In this document: positions 1-9,561 of the stretch, in pieces
Position numbering within the stretch: the stretch's first letter is position 1
How the letters are laid out: every line of letters starts with the position of its first letter
DNA from: Candidatus Omnitrophota bacterium
Lineage (GTDB): Bacteria; Omnitrophota; Gorgyraeia; Gygaellales; Profunditerraquicolaceae
NCBI GenBank assembly: GCA_963805065.1
Contig: CAWDSS010000010.1
Span: 1,112,359 to 1,176,358 of the forward strand
Direction: 5' to 3'
DNA length: 64,000 nt
The notes under the pieces: generated by a model
Databases searched by the model: none
The model's input: the letters and a program-made list of their open reading frames with translations, nothing else
What the model was told of the DNA's origin: nothing
Position numbers and translations under genes: made by a program

Positions 1-2217
1 TTTGAGGCAGATGATGTTATTGCCGCCATAGCCCGTAAATACCAGGATAAAGCCATATCCATAACCATTGTCAGCTCTGATAAGGATATATTGCAATTAG
101 TAGGAGATAAGACAATTGTATTTAGCCCTTATAAGGATACAGGAGTGACTTACGACCAGGAAAAAGTTATTGAGCGCTATGGAGTACCCCCTGAATCTAT
201 ACCTGATATAATCGCTCTTATGGGTGATCAGGTTGATAATATACCTGGGATCCCGGGCATAGGAGAAAAGACATCCAGAGAATTAATCAAAAGCTTTGGC
301 TCGCTTGACAACTTGTTAAAGAATATTGAAAAAATAAAACAAGAAAAACTAAAAAGTAATATTCTTAATAATTTGGAAAAGATAAAACTCAACAAGGAAC
401 TAGTGGTTTTAAACCAAAACGTGGATATTGATTTTAATTTGAATGATTTGACCACAAAAGAGCCTGACTCAAAAGAACTATTCAGGTTGTTCAAGCACTT
501 AGAGTTTAAGAAGCTGTTAAAGGAATTACCCCAGGAGGAACAGGAAGCGCAGGATATCGTAATTGAGAAAATCAGTGACGATGGGTTAAAAGAAGCGTTC
601 GATAAGGCTGATGAGCTACTGCTGCAGGCAGATTTTGCAACCAACCATGTATTTTATGCGAAAAACAAATTTTTTAAAACAGATTCCATAGGTGATAATT
701 TTAGAAATGTTTTATCAGATTCTGCCATAAAAAAGACCAGTCACGATTTAAAAAAATTAAACATATCTTTAGCTAAATCTGACATCGCCTTGGCGGGTTT
801 ACATTTCGATACCATGATTGCCGCATACGTGTTAAATCCGGCAAAAACCGGATACGGCTTAGCTGATATAGCTTTTGATTATCTTGGCTCACCCGTCATA
901 GCGCAAGTCAGCGATCCCGTAAAAGCGCTGGATTTGATAATGAAACTTAAGCCCAAACTGGAAAAGGAGCTGCAAGATAAAAATTTGGTTAAGCTTTTTA
1001 GCAAAATCGAAATGCCTTTAGTGGAAGTTTTAGCTGACATGGAGTTAACCGGAATCAAGATAGATTTAAAAGTCTTTAAAAGCCTTGCAGCCGAAATAGA
1101 AAAACGATTGATTAAGTTAATCGAGGAAATTTATGCATTAAGCGGCTGCCAGTTCAACATAAATTCTCCTAAGCAACTAAGAGAAATATTGTTTACGAAG
1201 TTGAAATTGCCGGTGATTAAGAGGAGTAAGACCGGGCCTTCAACCGACGAGGAGGTCTTAAGGCGCCTGGCAGATAAGCATGAGCTTGCGGCATTGCTGC
1301 TTGAGTACCGCCAGTTGACCAAGATTAAGAATACATATGTGGATACTCTGCCAGATTTGATAGACAAAAATTCAGGCAGGATTCATACGTCTTTCAATCA
1401 AACAGGCACGGAAACCGGCAGGCTCAGCTCCAGTAATCCCAATTTACAGAATATCCCCATAAAGACTGATATCGGTAAGAATATCAGGCGCGCTATAATT
1501 GCCTTTGATGAAAAAAGTTTTCTTTTTTCCTGCGATTATTCGCAGATAGAGTTAAGGATATTGGCGCATTTGTCCAAAGATGAAAATTTAATTTCCGCAT
1601 TTATCAATAATAAAGATATTCATATTGCCACGGCAGCTTTGATTTACGGACTGGAAGAATCCCAGGTAACCGATCAAATGCGTGAATCCTCCAAGCGGGT
1701 TAATTTCGGGATAGTTTATGGCTTGACTTCTTTTGGATTAAGCAAAGATTTAAGGATATCCCCGGCAGAAGCGCAAAATTTTATCGACACTTATTTCCTG
1801 CGTTATCCTAAAGTCAAAGATTATATCGATACGCAGATCAAGCAGGCTGAAATTGACGGTTTTATTACCACGATTTTTGGCAGAAGAAGGTACCTGCCTG
1901 AGATTAAAAACAAAAACCTGAATATCCGTCAATTTGCCCAGAGGCAGGCGGTTAATACGCCTATACAGGGTTCTGCCAGCGACCTCATTAAATTAGCCAT
2001 GATAGACATACACAACCTTATAAAGAATAAGAATTTGAAATCCCGCATGATACTGCAGGTCCATGACGAATTGGTATTTGATGTGCCTATAAAGGAAGAA
2101 GTAGTGTTAGTTGAATTGGTAAAGGAGAGAATGGAGAATGTTTTAAAGCTGGATGTGCCCATCAGGGTAGATATAAAAAAGGGCCGGAACTGGTTAGAAA
2201 TGGAGGAGGTCAAATGA
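1..2217 (+). CDS. polA: DNA polymerase I (5' end cut by window edge; frame open from nt 1)
   Basis: Translation from nt 1 gives FEADDVIAAIARK...SSDKDILQL (5'-3' exonuclease domain). It continues with GIPGIGEKT (HhH) and family-A polymerase motifs DYSQIELR, KRVNFGIVYG and QVHDEL. Stop TGA at 2215-2217. Confidence 0.95.
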   Translation, partial: FEADDVIAAIARKYQDKAISITIVSSDKDILQLVGDKTIVFSPYKDTGVTYDQEKVIERYGVPPESIPDIIALMGDQVDNIPGIPGIGEKTSRELIKSFGSLDNLLKNIEKIKQEKLKSNILNNLEKIKLNKELVVLNQNVDIDFNLNDLTTKEPDSKELFRLFKHLEFKKLLKELPQEEQEAQDIVIEKISDDGLKEAFDKADELLLQADFATNHVFYAKNKFFKTDSIGDNFRNVLSDSAIKKTSHDLKKLNISLAKSDIALAGLHFDTMIAAYVLNPAKTGYGLADIAFDYLGSPVIAQVSDPVKALDLIMKLKPKLEKELQDKNLVKLFSKIEMPLVEVLADMELTGIKIDLKVFKSLAAEIEKRLIKLIEEIYALSGCQFNINSPKQLREILFTKLKLPVIKRSKTGPSTDEEVLRRLADKHELAALLLEYRQLTKIKNTYVDTLPDLIDKNSGRIHTSFNQTGTETGRLSSSNPNLQNIPIKTDIGKNIRRAIIAFDEKSFLFSCDYSQIELRILAHLSKDENLISAFINNKDIHIATAALIYGLEESQVTDQMRESSKRVNFGIVYGLTSFGLSKDLRISPAEAQNFIDTYFLRYPKVKDYIDTQIKQAEIDGFITTIFGRRRYLPEIKNKNLNIRQFAQRQAVNTPIQGSASDLIKLAMIDIHNLIKNKNLKSRMILQVHDELVFDVPIKEEVVLVELVKERMENVLKLDVPIRVDIKKGRNWLEMEEVK

Positions 2218-3662
2218 GGATAGTCATGGCAGCATCGGAGGTCGTGCCTTTTGCAAAGACAGGCGGTTTAGCAGACGTGGCCGGGGCTTTGCCTTTGGCG
2301 CTGGAAGAAGAAGGCCAGGAAGTTATAATTGTTATACCAAAGTACAAGGCAATTGATGAAGCTAAGTTCGATATCAAGAGACTTTGCGAAGGTATTTCGT
2401 ATGCTGTGATAGGTAAAAATATAAAGGTTTATTTTATCGAGAACGACTACTATTTTAACCGCGACGGATTATACGGAGATAAAAACGGCGATTATAAAGA
2501 TAACTTAGAAAGATTTTCTTTTTTTTGTAGGAGAACATTAGAGCTGTTAAAAGAAATAAATTTCTCCCGCCCAACTATTACTATGTCAGGCGGGATCCCG
2601 CCCGCTATTAATAGCCTGGCGGGAAAGCCCGATATTATTCACGTGCATGATTGGCAGGCCTCACTAATACCGGTATACTTAAAGTTTAGGTATTCTAACG
2701 ACCCGTTTTATAAAAACATTAAGACGGTGCTTACTATACATAACATAGGTTATCAGGGATTATTTTCCAAAGATGAATTTTCTAAGCTGGGTTTGGATTG
2801 GAGTTTATTCAACATAGAGGGTTTAGAGTTTTATGACAAGATTAACATCTTAAAAGGCGGGATGGAATTCTCGGATATTATTAATACAGTAAGCGAAACT
2901 TATGCCAAAGAGATCCAGACCAAGGAATTCGGCTTTGGCTTGGAGGGTGTGCTGAATAGGCGCAAATCCTCGGTATTCGGAATTTTAAACGGGCTTGATT
3001 ACGCTATCTGGGACCCTAAAACCGATAAGTTCATCGCAAAGAATTATTCAGCCAAGGACATAGAAATTAAATACAAAAATAAAGAAGACCTGCAGAAAAT
3101 CTGCAAGCTTCCTTTAAAAAATGATGTCCCGTTATTCGGAATAGTTTCCAGGCTTGCCGAGCAGAAAGGCTTTGATATACTTGCCGAGGGAATAGAAAAA
3201 ATCTGCAAGATGGGTTTACAGTTGGTAATTTTAGGAACGGGAGACTTAAAATACCATTTACTTCTGGAAGAAATGGTCAAGAAATACCCCAAGGTTATAT
3301 CGTTGCATTTAAAATTTGACGATAGTCTAGCGCATAAGATTTATGCAGGCTCTGATATTTTTCTCATGCCTTCCAAATATGAACCCTGCGGATTGGGGCA
3401 ATTGATATCTTTGAGATACGGCACAATCCCCCTGGTGTTTAAAACCGGAGGCTTGGCTGATACTGTAAATAAAGATAACGGGTTTATATTCGATAAATAT
3501 TCAAAAGACGAATTAATCAAGACCATTAAACTTTCAATCAAGGCATTTGAAAGCAAAAAGAAATGGGCTGAGCTGGTCGTAAAGGCAATGAAATATAATT
3601 TTTCTTGGGAGGCGTCAGCCAAAAAGTATCTGGATTTGTATGCCAAGGCAAAGTCAAAATAG
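2214..3662 (+). CDS. glgA: Glycogen/starch synthase (GT5), with an unusual 20-aa insertion before the HVHDW motif
   Basis: N-terminal FAKTGGLADV, then IIHVHDW and C-terminal PSKYEPCGLGQL. ATGA overlap with the polA stop. Confidence 0.9.
   Translation: MRIVMAASEVVPFAKTGGLADVAGALPLALEEEGQEVIIVIPKYKAIDEAKFDIKRLCEGISYAVIGKNIKVYFIENDYYFNRDGLYGDKNGDYKDNLERFSFFCRRTLELLKEINFSRPTITMSGGIPPAINSLAGKPDIIHVHDWQASLIPVYLKFRYSNDPFYKNIKTVLTIHNIGYQGLFSKDEFSKLGLDWSLFNIEGLEFYDKINILKGGMEFSDIINTVSETYAKEIQTKEFGFGLEGVLNRRKSSVFGILNGLDYAIWDPKTDKFIAKNYSAKDIEIKYKNKEDLQKICKLPLKNDVPLFGIVSRLAEQKGFDILAEGIEKICKMGLQLVILGTGDLKYHLLLEEMVKKYPKVISLHLKFDDSLAHKIYAGSDIFLMPSKYEPCGLGQLISLRYGTIPLVFKTGGLADTVNKDNGFIFDKYSKDELIKTIKLSIKAFESKKKWAELVVKAMKYNFSWEASAKKYLDLYAKAKSK
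2565..2624 (+). repeat. Tandem pair of GC-clamped hairpins (TCCCGCC-N17-GGCGGGA, TCCCGCC-N15-GGCGGGA) inserted in frame in glgA
   Basis: Arms read directly at 2565-2571/2589-2595 and 2596-2602/2618-2624. Total 60 nt = 20 codons (SRPTITMSGGIPPAINSLAG). Confidence 0.75.
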
Positions 3663-4254
3663 GCAAAAACTCATTCTTGGGATAACAGGAAGTTTCTCAA
3701 GCGGCAAAACTACAGTTGCCAGGATGTTTGCGTCAGGCGGTGCAAAATTAATAGACGCAGATAAAATAGCTCATTCGGTTCTTAAGCCCGGATGCAGGGC
3801 ATATAAAAAAATAGTCGCAAGTTTCGGCAAAGGCATACTGGCTAAGAATGCGCGAATTAACCGCAAAAAATTATCCGGTATCGTATTCAATAACAAAATC
3901 TTATTAGAGAAATTAAATGCCATCGTCCATCCACGGGTAGTTGGAATTATAAAAGAGCAAATAAAAAATTCCAGATCAAAGGTTATTGTTTTGGATGTGC
4001 CTTTATTAATCGAGGCAGGGTTAGTTAAGCTAGTGGATAAAATAATCGTAGTCAAGGCAAACACAAAGAAACAAATCCAGAGAGCCAAAATTAAAACCTC
4101 TCTTGGGCGTGTAGATATTATGAAAAGAATCAGGTCCCAGATTCCTCTACGCGTAAAATTAGGTTTGGCGGACTTTATAATAGATAATAGCGGCAGTATC
4201 GATAAGACCAGAAATCAAGTAGCGCAAATAAGGAGGCAGTTGTGGAAAAGTTAG
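3640..4254 (+). CDS. coaE: Dephospho-CoA kinase
   Basis: P-loop [12 protein letters not shown] close to the N-terminus, about 200 aa, typical CoaE layout. Start codon choice is uncertain. Confidence 0.85.
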   Translation: MPRQSQNRQKLILGITGSFSSGKTTVARMFASGGAKLIDADKIAHSVLKPGCRAYKKIVASFGKGILAKNARINRKKLSGIVFNNKILLEKLNAIVHPRVVGIIKEQIKNSRSKVIVLDVPLLIEAGLVKLVDKIIVVKANTKKQIQRAKIKTSLGRVDIMKRIRSQIPLRVKLGLADFIIDNSGSIDKTRNQVAQIRRQLWKS

Positions 4255-5500
4255 ATATCGGAAATTTAAAAGAGATGAAGATTACGGAACTTAACAAATT
4301 AGCCAAAGAGCTAAACGTTAACGGCGTAAGCGGCGTAAAAAAGCAGGATCTTATATTTAAGATACTGCAGGCTCAGGCAGAAAAGGAAGGCTTGATGTTC
4401 GGGGAAGGGGTATTGGAGATACTTCCCGAAGGGTTCGGATTCTTGAGAAGCCCGAATTACAATTATCTGCCCTGCCCGGATGATATTTATATATCTCCTT
4501 CGCAGATCAGGAAGTTTGATTTAAGGACGGGCGATACGGTAAGCGGCCAGATCCGGCCGCCTAAAGAAGGTGAAAAATATTTCGCCCTTCTTAAGGTAGA
4601 AGCGGTGAATTTTGAGAATCCCGAGGATGCTAAAGAAAAGGTGTTATTCGATAACCTGACCCCGATATATCCTCACGAAGCATTTAACATGGAAACCAAG
4701 CCCGAAGAAATATCCATGAGGGTAATGAGTTTGCTTACCCCCATCGGTAAGGGCCAGCGCGGGCTTATCGTCGCCCAGCCTTACAGCGGAAAAACCGTGC
4801 TATTGCAGAAAATCGCCAATTCCATTACCAGCAATAATCCCGATGTGGTTTTGATCGTGCTTTTGATAGACGAGCGCCCGGAAGAAGTTACCGATATGCA
4901 GAGGAACGTCAAGGGTGAAGTAATATCGTCTACTTTTGATGAGCCGCCGGAAAGGCACGTCCAGGTAGCTGAAATAGTCTTGGAAAAAGCAAAGCGACTG
5001 GTAGAGCATAAAAGGGATGTAGTGGTCCTTTTGGACAGTATCACCCGCTTAGCCCGCGCTTATAACGCCGTGGTGCCGCATAGCGGAAAGGTACTTATCA
5101 GGCGGTATTGATTCCAATGCCCTGCAAAAACCCAAAAGATTTTTTGGTGCTGCCCGCGCAGTCGATGAGGGCGGAAGCCTTACGATAATCGCTACCGCGC
5201 TGGTTGATACCGGAAGCCGTATGGATGAAGTTATTTTTGAAGAATTCAAAGGAACCGGCAACATGGAATTACAGTTGGACAGGAATCTATTCCAGAGCAG
5301 AATTTATCCGGCCATCGAGATAAAGCGTTCAAATACCAGGCATGAGGAATTGCTGCTAAAACCTGAACATACTGCAGAAGATTTGGATATTAAGGAAGGT
5401 TTTGAATGAGTTGAGCAATGTAGAGGCAATGGAGCTTTTGATTGAAAAATTATCCAAGACAAAGAATAACGAGGAATTTTTAAACAGCATGAACCAATAA
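4242..5500 (+). pseudogene. rho: Transcription termination factor Rho, reading frame broken by two single-base insertions (near 5097 and 5368)
   Basis: Frame 0 (4242-5096) gives the Rho N-terminal and RNA-binding domains through [23 protein letters not shown]. Frame 1 (5098-5367) gives [58 protein letters not shown]. Frame 2 (5369-5500) gives [43 protein letters not shown]. The joined product is colinear with E. coli Rho. Confidence 0.9.
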
Positions 5501-5545
5501 AAGTTAAAAGTTAAAAGCAAAAAGTAAAAAGTAAAACTTAAAAGG
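5499..5545 (+). repeat. A-rich heptamer array (AAAAGTT x2, AAAAGCA, AAAAGTA x2, AAACTTA) upstream of rpmE
   Basis: 7-nt periodicity read directly. Shares the string AAAAGCAAAAAGTAAAAAGT with the reverse complement of the array at 45285-45326. Confidence 0.8.
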
Positions 5546-5553
5546 AGAAGAAA

Positions 5554-5754
5554 ATGAAAGACAAAATTCATCCGAATTACAAAGACAGCACAATCGTTTG
5601 TGCATGCGGAGAAACAATCCATACCCGCTCCACAAAACCAGCTATCAGGGTAGAGATATGTTCCAAGTGCCATCCATTTTTTACCGGAAAGCAGAAATTC
5701 GTGGATTCCGCAGGCAGGGTAGATAAATTCATGAAAAAATACGGTAAGAAATGA
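5554..5754 (+). CDS. rpmE: 50S ribosomal protein L31
   Basis: MKDKIHPNY...CACG...[13 protein letters not shown] is the L31 zinc-ribbon signature. AAGGAG lies upstream. Confidence 0.95.
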   Translation: MKDKIHPNYKDSTIVCACGETIHTRSTKPAIRVEICSKCHPFFTGKQKFVDSAGRVDKFMKKYGKK

Positions 5755-6816
5755 TAAAGCTTGAGCAATTAGCAGAAATTAGAAGACCGTTATTGCGAAC
5801 TGGAACAGCTTTTAGCTTCTCCGGAAGTTATTTCCAACAAAGAGCAGCTTAACAGATATGCCAAAGAGTTATCTGACATAAAGCTGCCTGTTTCTTTGTT
5901 TAGAGACTACAAAAAAATTTCTAAAGAGATTGAAGAACTCCAGGCTTTGTCTAATGAAAGGCATGATAAGGAACTGATAGAGCTGGCTAAGCATGAACTT
6001 CAAGACTTAGAAGTCAGGAAAAGCAAGCTGGAACAGGCATTAAAACAGGCCCTTGTCGGGGAAGACAAAGATATTGGCAGGGATGTAATCGTAGAAATCC
6101 GGCAGGGCACAGGCGGAGATGAAGCAGGATTATTTGCAGCCGACCTTTATCGTATGTACACAATATACGCTACGAATAAAGGCTGGACAGCAGAACAGAT
6201 GTCTGGTAACGCTAATGAATTAGGCGGGTTAAAAGAAGTGGTTTTTAGCGTTAAGGGCAGAGATGCCTACAAGAGGCTTAAATTTGAAAGCGGTGTGCAT
6301 CGCGTGCAGCGAGTCCCCACAACTGAAGCGCAAGGCAGGATTCATACTTCTACTGCCACTGTTGCCGTGTTGGTAGAGCCTAAAGAAGTAGATTTGGTCA
6401 TTGAACCTAAAGACCTAAGGATTGATACTTACAGGTCTTCCGGCCCCGGGGGCCAACATATGCAAAAAACCGATTCCGCAGTAAGGATCACGCATATACC
6501 TAGCGGCGTAGTAGTCGCCTGCCAGGATGAACGGTCACAACTAAAAAATAAAAATAAGGCAATGAGGATTTTAGGGGCAAGGATCCTGGATATAAAAAGA
6601 GAAGAGGAAGCCAAAAAAATATCCCAGGAAAGAAAAACCCAAATCGGATCAGGCGACAGAAGCGAGAAAATCCGAACCTATAATTTTCCCGATCGGCGAG
6701 TAACTGACCATCGCATTAATTTTACTTCGCATAGGCTGGAGGCAATATTAGAGGGTGATTTGGATGAGCTTTCAGATGCCTTAATTAGCGCCCAGGAAGA
6801 AAAGAAAAATGAATGA
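5751..6816 (+). pseudogene. prfA: Peptide chain release factor 1, N-terminus displaced by a single-base insertion near 5773-5781
   Basis: ATG 5751 (ATGA overlap with the rpmE stop) gives MIKLEQLAE in frame 0. The RF1-like continuation KLEDRYCELEQLLASPEVISNKEQLNRYAKEL is in frame +1, behind a TAG at 5770-5772. Downstream are RVQRVPTTEAQGRIHTS (PxT region) and SGPGGQHMQKT (GGQ). Confidence 0.85.
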
Positions 6817-7615
6817 AGCTGAATTATTGTTCAGTTCAATTCTAAACTGTGAAAGATTGTCTTTATACCTGAATAAACAATCTGTTCTGGATAGGGATAG
6901 CGCACATTCTATTTCTAGCGCTCTAAGCAGGCGCATTAAGGGAGAGCCAATACAATACATATTAGGCAAGACTGAATTTATGGGCTTTGAGTTCAAAGTT
7001 ACCCCTGACGTGTTGATACCCAGGCCGGAGACGGAAATATTGGTTGAAGTAACTATGAAGCAGCTCTCAGCTCTCAGCTCTCAGCTCTCAGCTTTAAAGG
7101 TTCTGGATGTTGGGACAGGATCGGGTTGTATTGCTGTGGCTTTAGCTAAACTATTTCCCGGAGTAAAAATCGATGCGTTAGATTTATCAGGGAATGCATT
7201 GGAAATAGCCAGAGAAAACGCTAAAGTACATAATGTAAATATTAATTTTATCCCCAGTGATTTATTTTCAAACAATAAGTTGCTGCTTAACACATACGAT
7301 ATAATTATAAGCAATCCGCCTTACATAGCCTCCGAAGAAATCGATAAATTGCAACCGGAAATCAAATGGGAACCACACATGGCTTTGGATGGCGGGATAG
7401 ACGGGTTGGATATTTACAGGAAATTAATCCCCGGATCTTTGTATTATTTAAGGCCAGGCGGTTACCTGATTATGGAGATAGGTTTTAACCAGGCCAGGAG
7501 TTTAAAAAATATTTTCCGAAAATATGAAGATTTTGAGATAATAGATGTAGTCAGGGATTACAATGATATTGAAAGAGTTATAGTCGCACAAAGGAGTGTA
7601 ATGTGTAAAGTGTAA
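6809..7615 (+). CDS. prmC: Release factor glutamine N5-methyltransferase
   Basis: SAM-binding VLDVGTGSGCIAVALA and catalytic IISNPPYI. Overlaps the prfA end. The last 6 codons and the stop come from the GTGTAAT array. Confidence 0.9.
   Translation: MNEAELLFSSILNCERLSLYLNKQSVLDRDSAHSISSALSRRIKGEPIQYILGKTEFMGFEFKVTPDVLIPRPETEILVEVTMKQLSALSSQLSALKVLDVGTGSGCIAVALAKLFPGVKIDALDLSGNALEIARENAKVHNVNINFIPSDLFSNNKLLLNTYDIIISNPPYIASEEIDKLQPEIKWEPHMALDGGIDGLDIYRKLIPGSLYYLRPGGYLIMEIGFNQARSLKNIFRKYEDFEIIDVVRDYNDIERVIVAQRSVMCKV
7061..7095 (+). repeat. Heptamer tandem repeat CAGCTCT x4 (plus a degenerate 5th unit) inside prmC
   Basis: Units at 7061, 7068, 7075 and 7082, then CAGCTTT at 7089. Translated as QLSALSSQLSALK. 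Confidence 0.9.
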
Positions 7616-7727
7616 TGTGTAATGTGTAATGCCAGTGTAACGCAAAAGAAAGTGTAATGTAAAAACCAATTCCATTACACAATTAAACATTACACCCACG
7701 TTACACATTACACATTAAACGTTACAC
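7596..7727. repeat. Long imperfect hairpin built from heptamer arrays: (GTGTAAT)n left arm, (ATTACAC)n right arm
   Basis: Left arm 7596-7667 and right arm 7672-7727. The innermost pair GTGTAATG (7652-7659) / CATTACAC (7673-7680) is perfect. Spans the whole prmC-murA gap. Confidence 0.85.
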
Positions 7728-7738
7728 AAATTTATAAA

Positions 7739-9001
7739 ATGGATAAATTATTGATTGAGGGGGGAGTAAGGCTTAAGGGTGAAGTGACGGTGTCAGGAGC
7801 GAAAAACTCAGCGCTTCCTATCTTAGCAGCTACGCTATTAACTGATGATGCCTGCGTAATCAAAGGCGTTCCGGATTTACGGGATACCTCCACTATGATA
7901 AAGATCCTGCGATCGCTCGGTAAAAACGTGGAATCTGATAAGGGAGTAATAACCATAACTTCATCAAGGAATACCGATTTTGTTGCTGATTATAAACTTG
8001 TTTCAACCATGCGGGCATCTTTTTGCGTATTAGGCCCTCTCTTAGGCAAGCTTAAAAAAGCAAAGGTGTCTCTGCCCGGGGGTTGTATCATCGGAGTGCG
8101 TCCCGTTGACTTACATCTTAAAGGAATGAAAGCCCTGGGTGCGGATATAACCATTGAATCGGGTTATGTTATTGCCAAAGCAGACAAATTAAAAGGTAAT
8201 CATATTTATTTGGGAGGTGTTTACGGCTCATCAGTATTAGCTACGGATAACGTAATGATGGCAGCAGTATTAGCATCCGGTGAGACCACAATCGAATCTG
8301 CAGCCTGTGAACCTGAGGTAGCTGATTTGGCGGAATTCCTGATTAAAATGGGAGCAAAAATTAAAGGACACGGCACTCCCATTATAGAGATTGAGGGAGT
8401 AAAACATCTGCACGGTGCATCTCATACAATAATACCCGACAGAATTGAAGCAGGAACCCTTATGATTGCCAGTTTAATTACCGCAGGAGATATTATCATA
8501 AAGAATGTTTACCCCCAACACCTGGGAGCTTTGATTGATAAATTGGAAGAAGCAGGAGCCTGTATAACTAAAGCCAATCAGGCAATGAGGGTGCGCAGTA
8601 AAAGGAAACTAAGGGCGGTAAATATAACTACACTTCCTTTCCCGGGGTTTGCCACTGACATGCAGGCACAGATTATGGCTCTTATGAGCGTTACCCCCGG
8701 TATCAGTGTGATTACCGAGAAGATTTATCCTGATAGATTCATGCATGTAGCTGAGCTTAACCGTATGGGAGCCCATATCCAGAGAGAAGGGCCTCACGCC
8801 ATTGTGGAAGGCGTGAAACAATTATCGGGCGCTCCGGTCATGGCCTCGGATTTGCGCGCTTCAGCGTGCCTAGTGTTATGCGGCCTTGCTGCACGCGGTA
8901 AGACCACAATCTCAAGAATTTATCACCTGGAGCGCGGTTATGAAAATATTGAAGAAAAGTTAGAGAAGCTGGGCGCTAAAGTCTGGAGAGAAAAAGAATG
9001 A
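7739..9001 (+). CDS. murA: UDP-N-acetylglucosamine 1-carboxyvinyltransferase
   Basis: MDKLLIEGG...[12 protein letters not shown]-terminus and active-site loop [15 protein letters not shown]. 420 aa. Confidence 0.95.
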   Translation: MDKLLIEGGVRLKGEVTVSGAKNSALPILAATLLTDDACVIKGVPDLRDTSTMIKILRSLGKNVESDKGVITITSSRNTDFVADYKLVSTMRASFCVLGPLLGKLKKAKVSLPGGCIIGVRPVDLHLKGMKALGADITIESGYVIAKADKLKGNHIYLGGVYGSSVLATDNVMMAAVLASGETTIESAACEPEVADLAEFLIKMGAKIKGHGTPIIEIEGVKHLHGASHTIIPDRIEAGTLMIASLITAGDIIIKNVYPQHLGALIDKLEEAGACITKANQAMRVRSKRKLRAVNITTLPFPGFATDMQAQIMALMSVTPGISVITEKIYPDRFMHVAELNRMGAHIQREGPHAIVEGVKQLSGAPVMASDLRASACLVLCGLAARGKTTISRIYHLERGYENIEEKLEKLGAKVWREKE

Positions 9002-9561
9002 TACTGATGATTGATAATTACGATTCTTTTACCTATAATCTCGTGCAATATTTAGGCGAATTAGGCGAGAATCTAAAAGTTTATAGAAACGATAAAATAA
9101 CATTAAGTAAAATTAAACAATTGGCACCCAACAAGATTGTTATCTCTCCTGGCCCAGGGAGGCCCGAGGATGCAGGAATTTCTTGCAGCTTAATAAAAGA
9201 ATTCGCAGGTAAGATTCCTATACTTGGGGTTTGCCTGGGGCACCAGGCAATAGGATACGTCTACGGAGGCAAAATAGTCGGCGCCAGAAAACTTATGCAC
9301 GGTAAAACCTCACTTATTTATCATAATCAGAAAACCATATTTCGCGGCATAGCCAATCCTTTTGAAGCTACCCGTTACCATTCTCTGGTAGTAGAAAGAA
9401 AGACTTTCCCTGCTTCTCTTGAAATAACTGCCTGGACAAAAGACAAAGAAGTCATGGGTTTAAAACACAAAAATTATCCCTTATGGGGCGTACAATTCCA
9501 TCCCGAATCCATTTTAACCAAAGCTGGCAAAGATATTTTAGCTAACTTTCTAAAACAGTGA
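8998..9561 (+). CDS. trpG: Anthranilate synthase component II / aminodeoxychorismate synthase glutamine amidotransferase
   Basis: Class-I GATase triad context [10 protein letters not shown] and GVQFHPES. Directly precedes trpD. Confidence 0.9.
   Translation: MILMIDNYDSFTYNLVQYLGELGENLKVYRNDKITLSKIKQLAPNKIVISPGPGRPEDAGISCSLIKEFAGKIPILGVCLGHQAIGYVYGGKIVGARKLMHGKTSLIYHNQKTIFRGIANPFEATRYHSLVVERKTFPASLEITAWTKDKEVMGLKHKNYPLWGVQFHPESILTKAGKDILANFLKQ

Noticed and set aside
5090-5790. Programmed +1 ribosomal frameshifting (as in prfB) as the explanation for the rho and prfA frame breaks.
   Set aside because: None of the sites has the CUU-UGA-type slippery/stop context or an upstream SD-like stimulator. 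Three independent programmed sites within 700 nt in two unrelated essential genes is implausible. Read-level verification is still needed.
7596-7727. Heptamer arrays here and at 5499, 11354, 45226 and 60238 considered as CRISPR-like arrays.
   Set aside because: Units are 7 nt with no unique spacers, and no cas genes are present. This is incompatible with CRISPR architecture.
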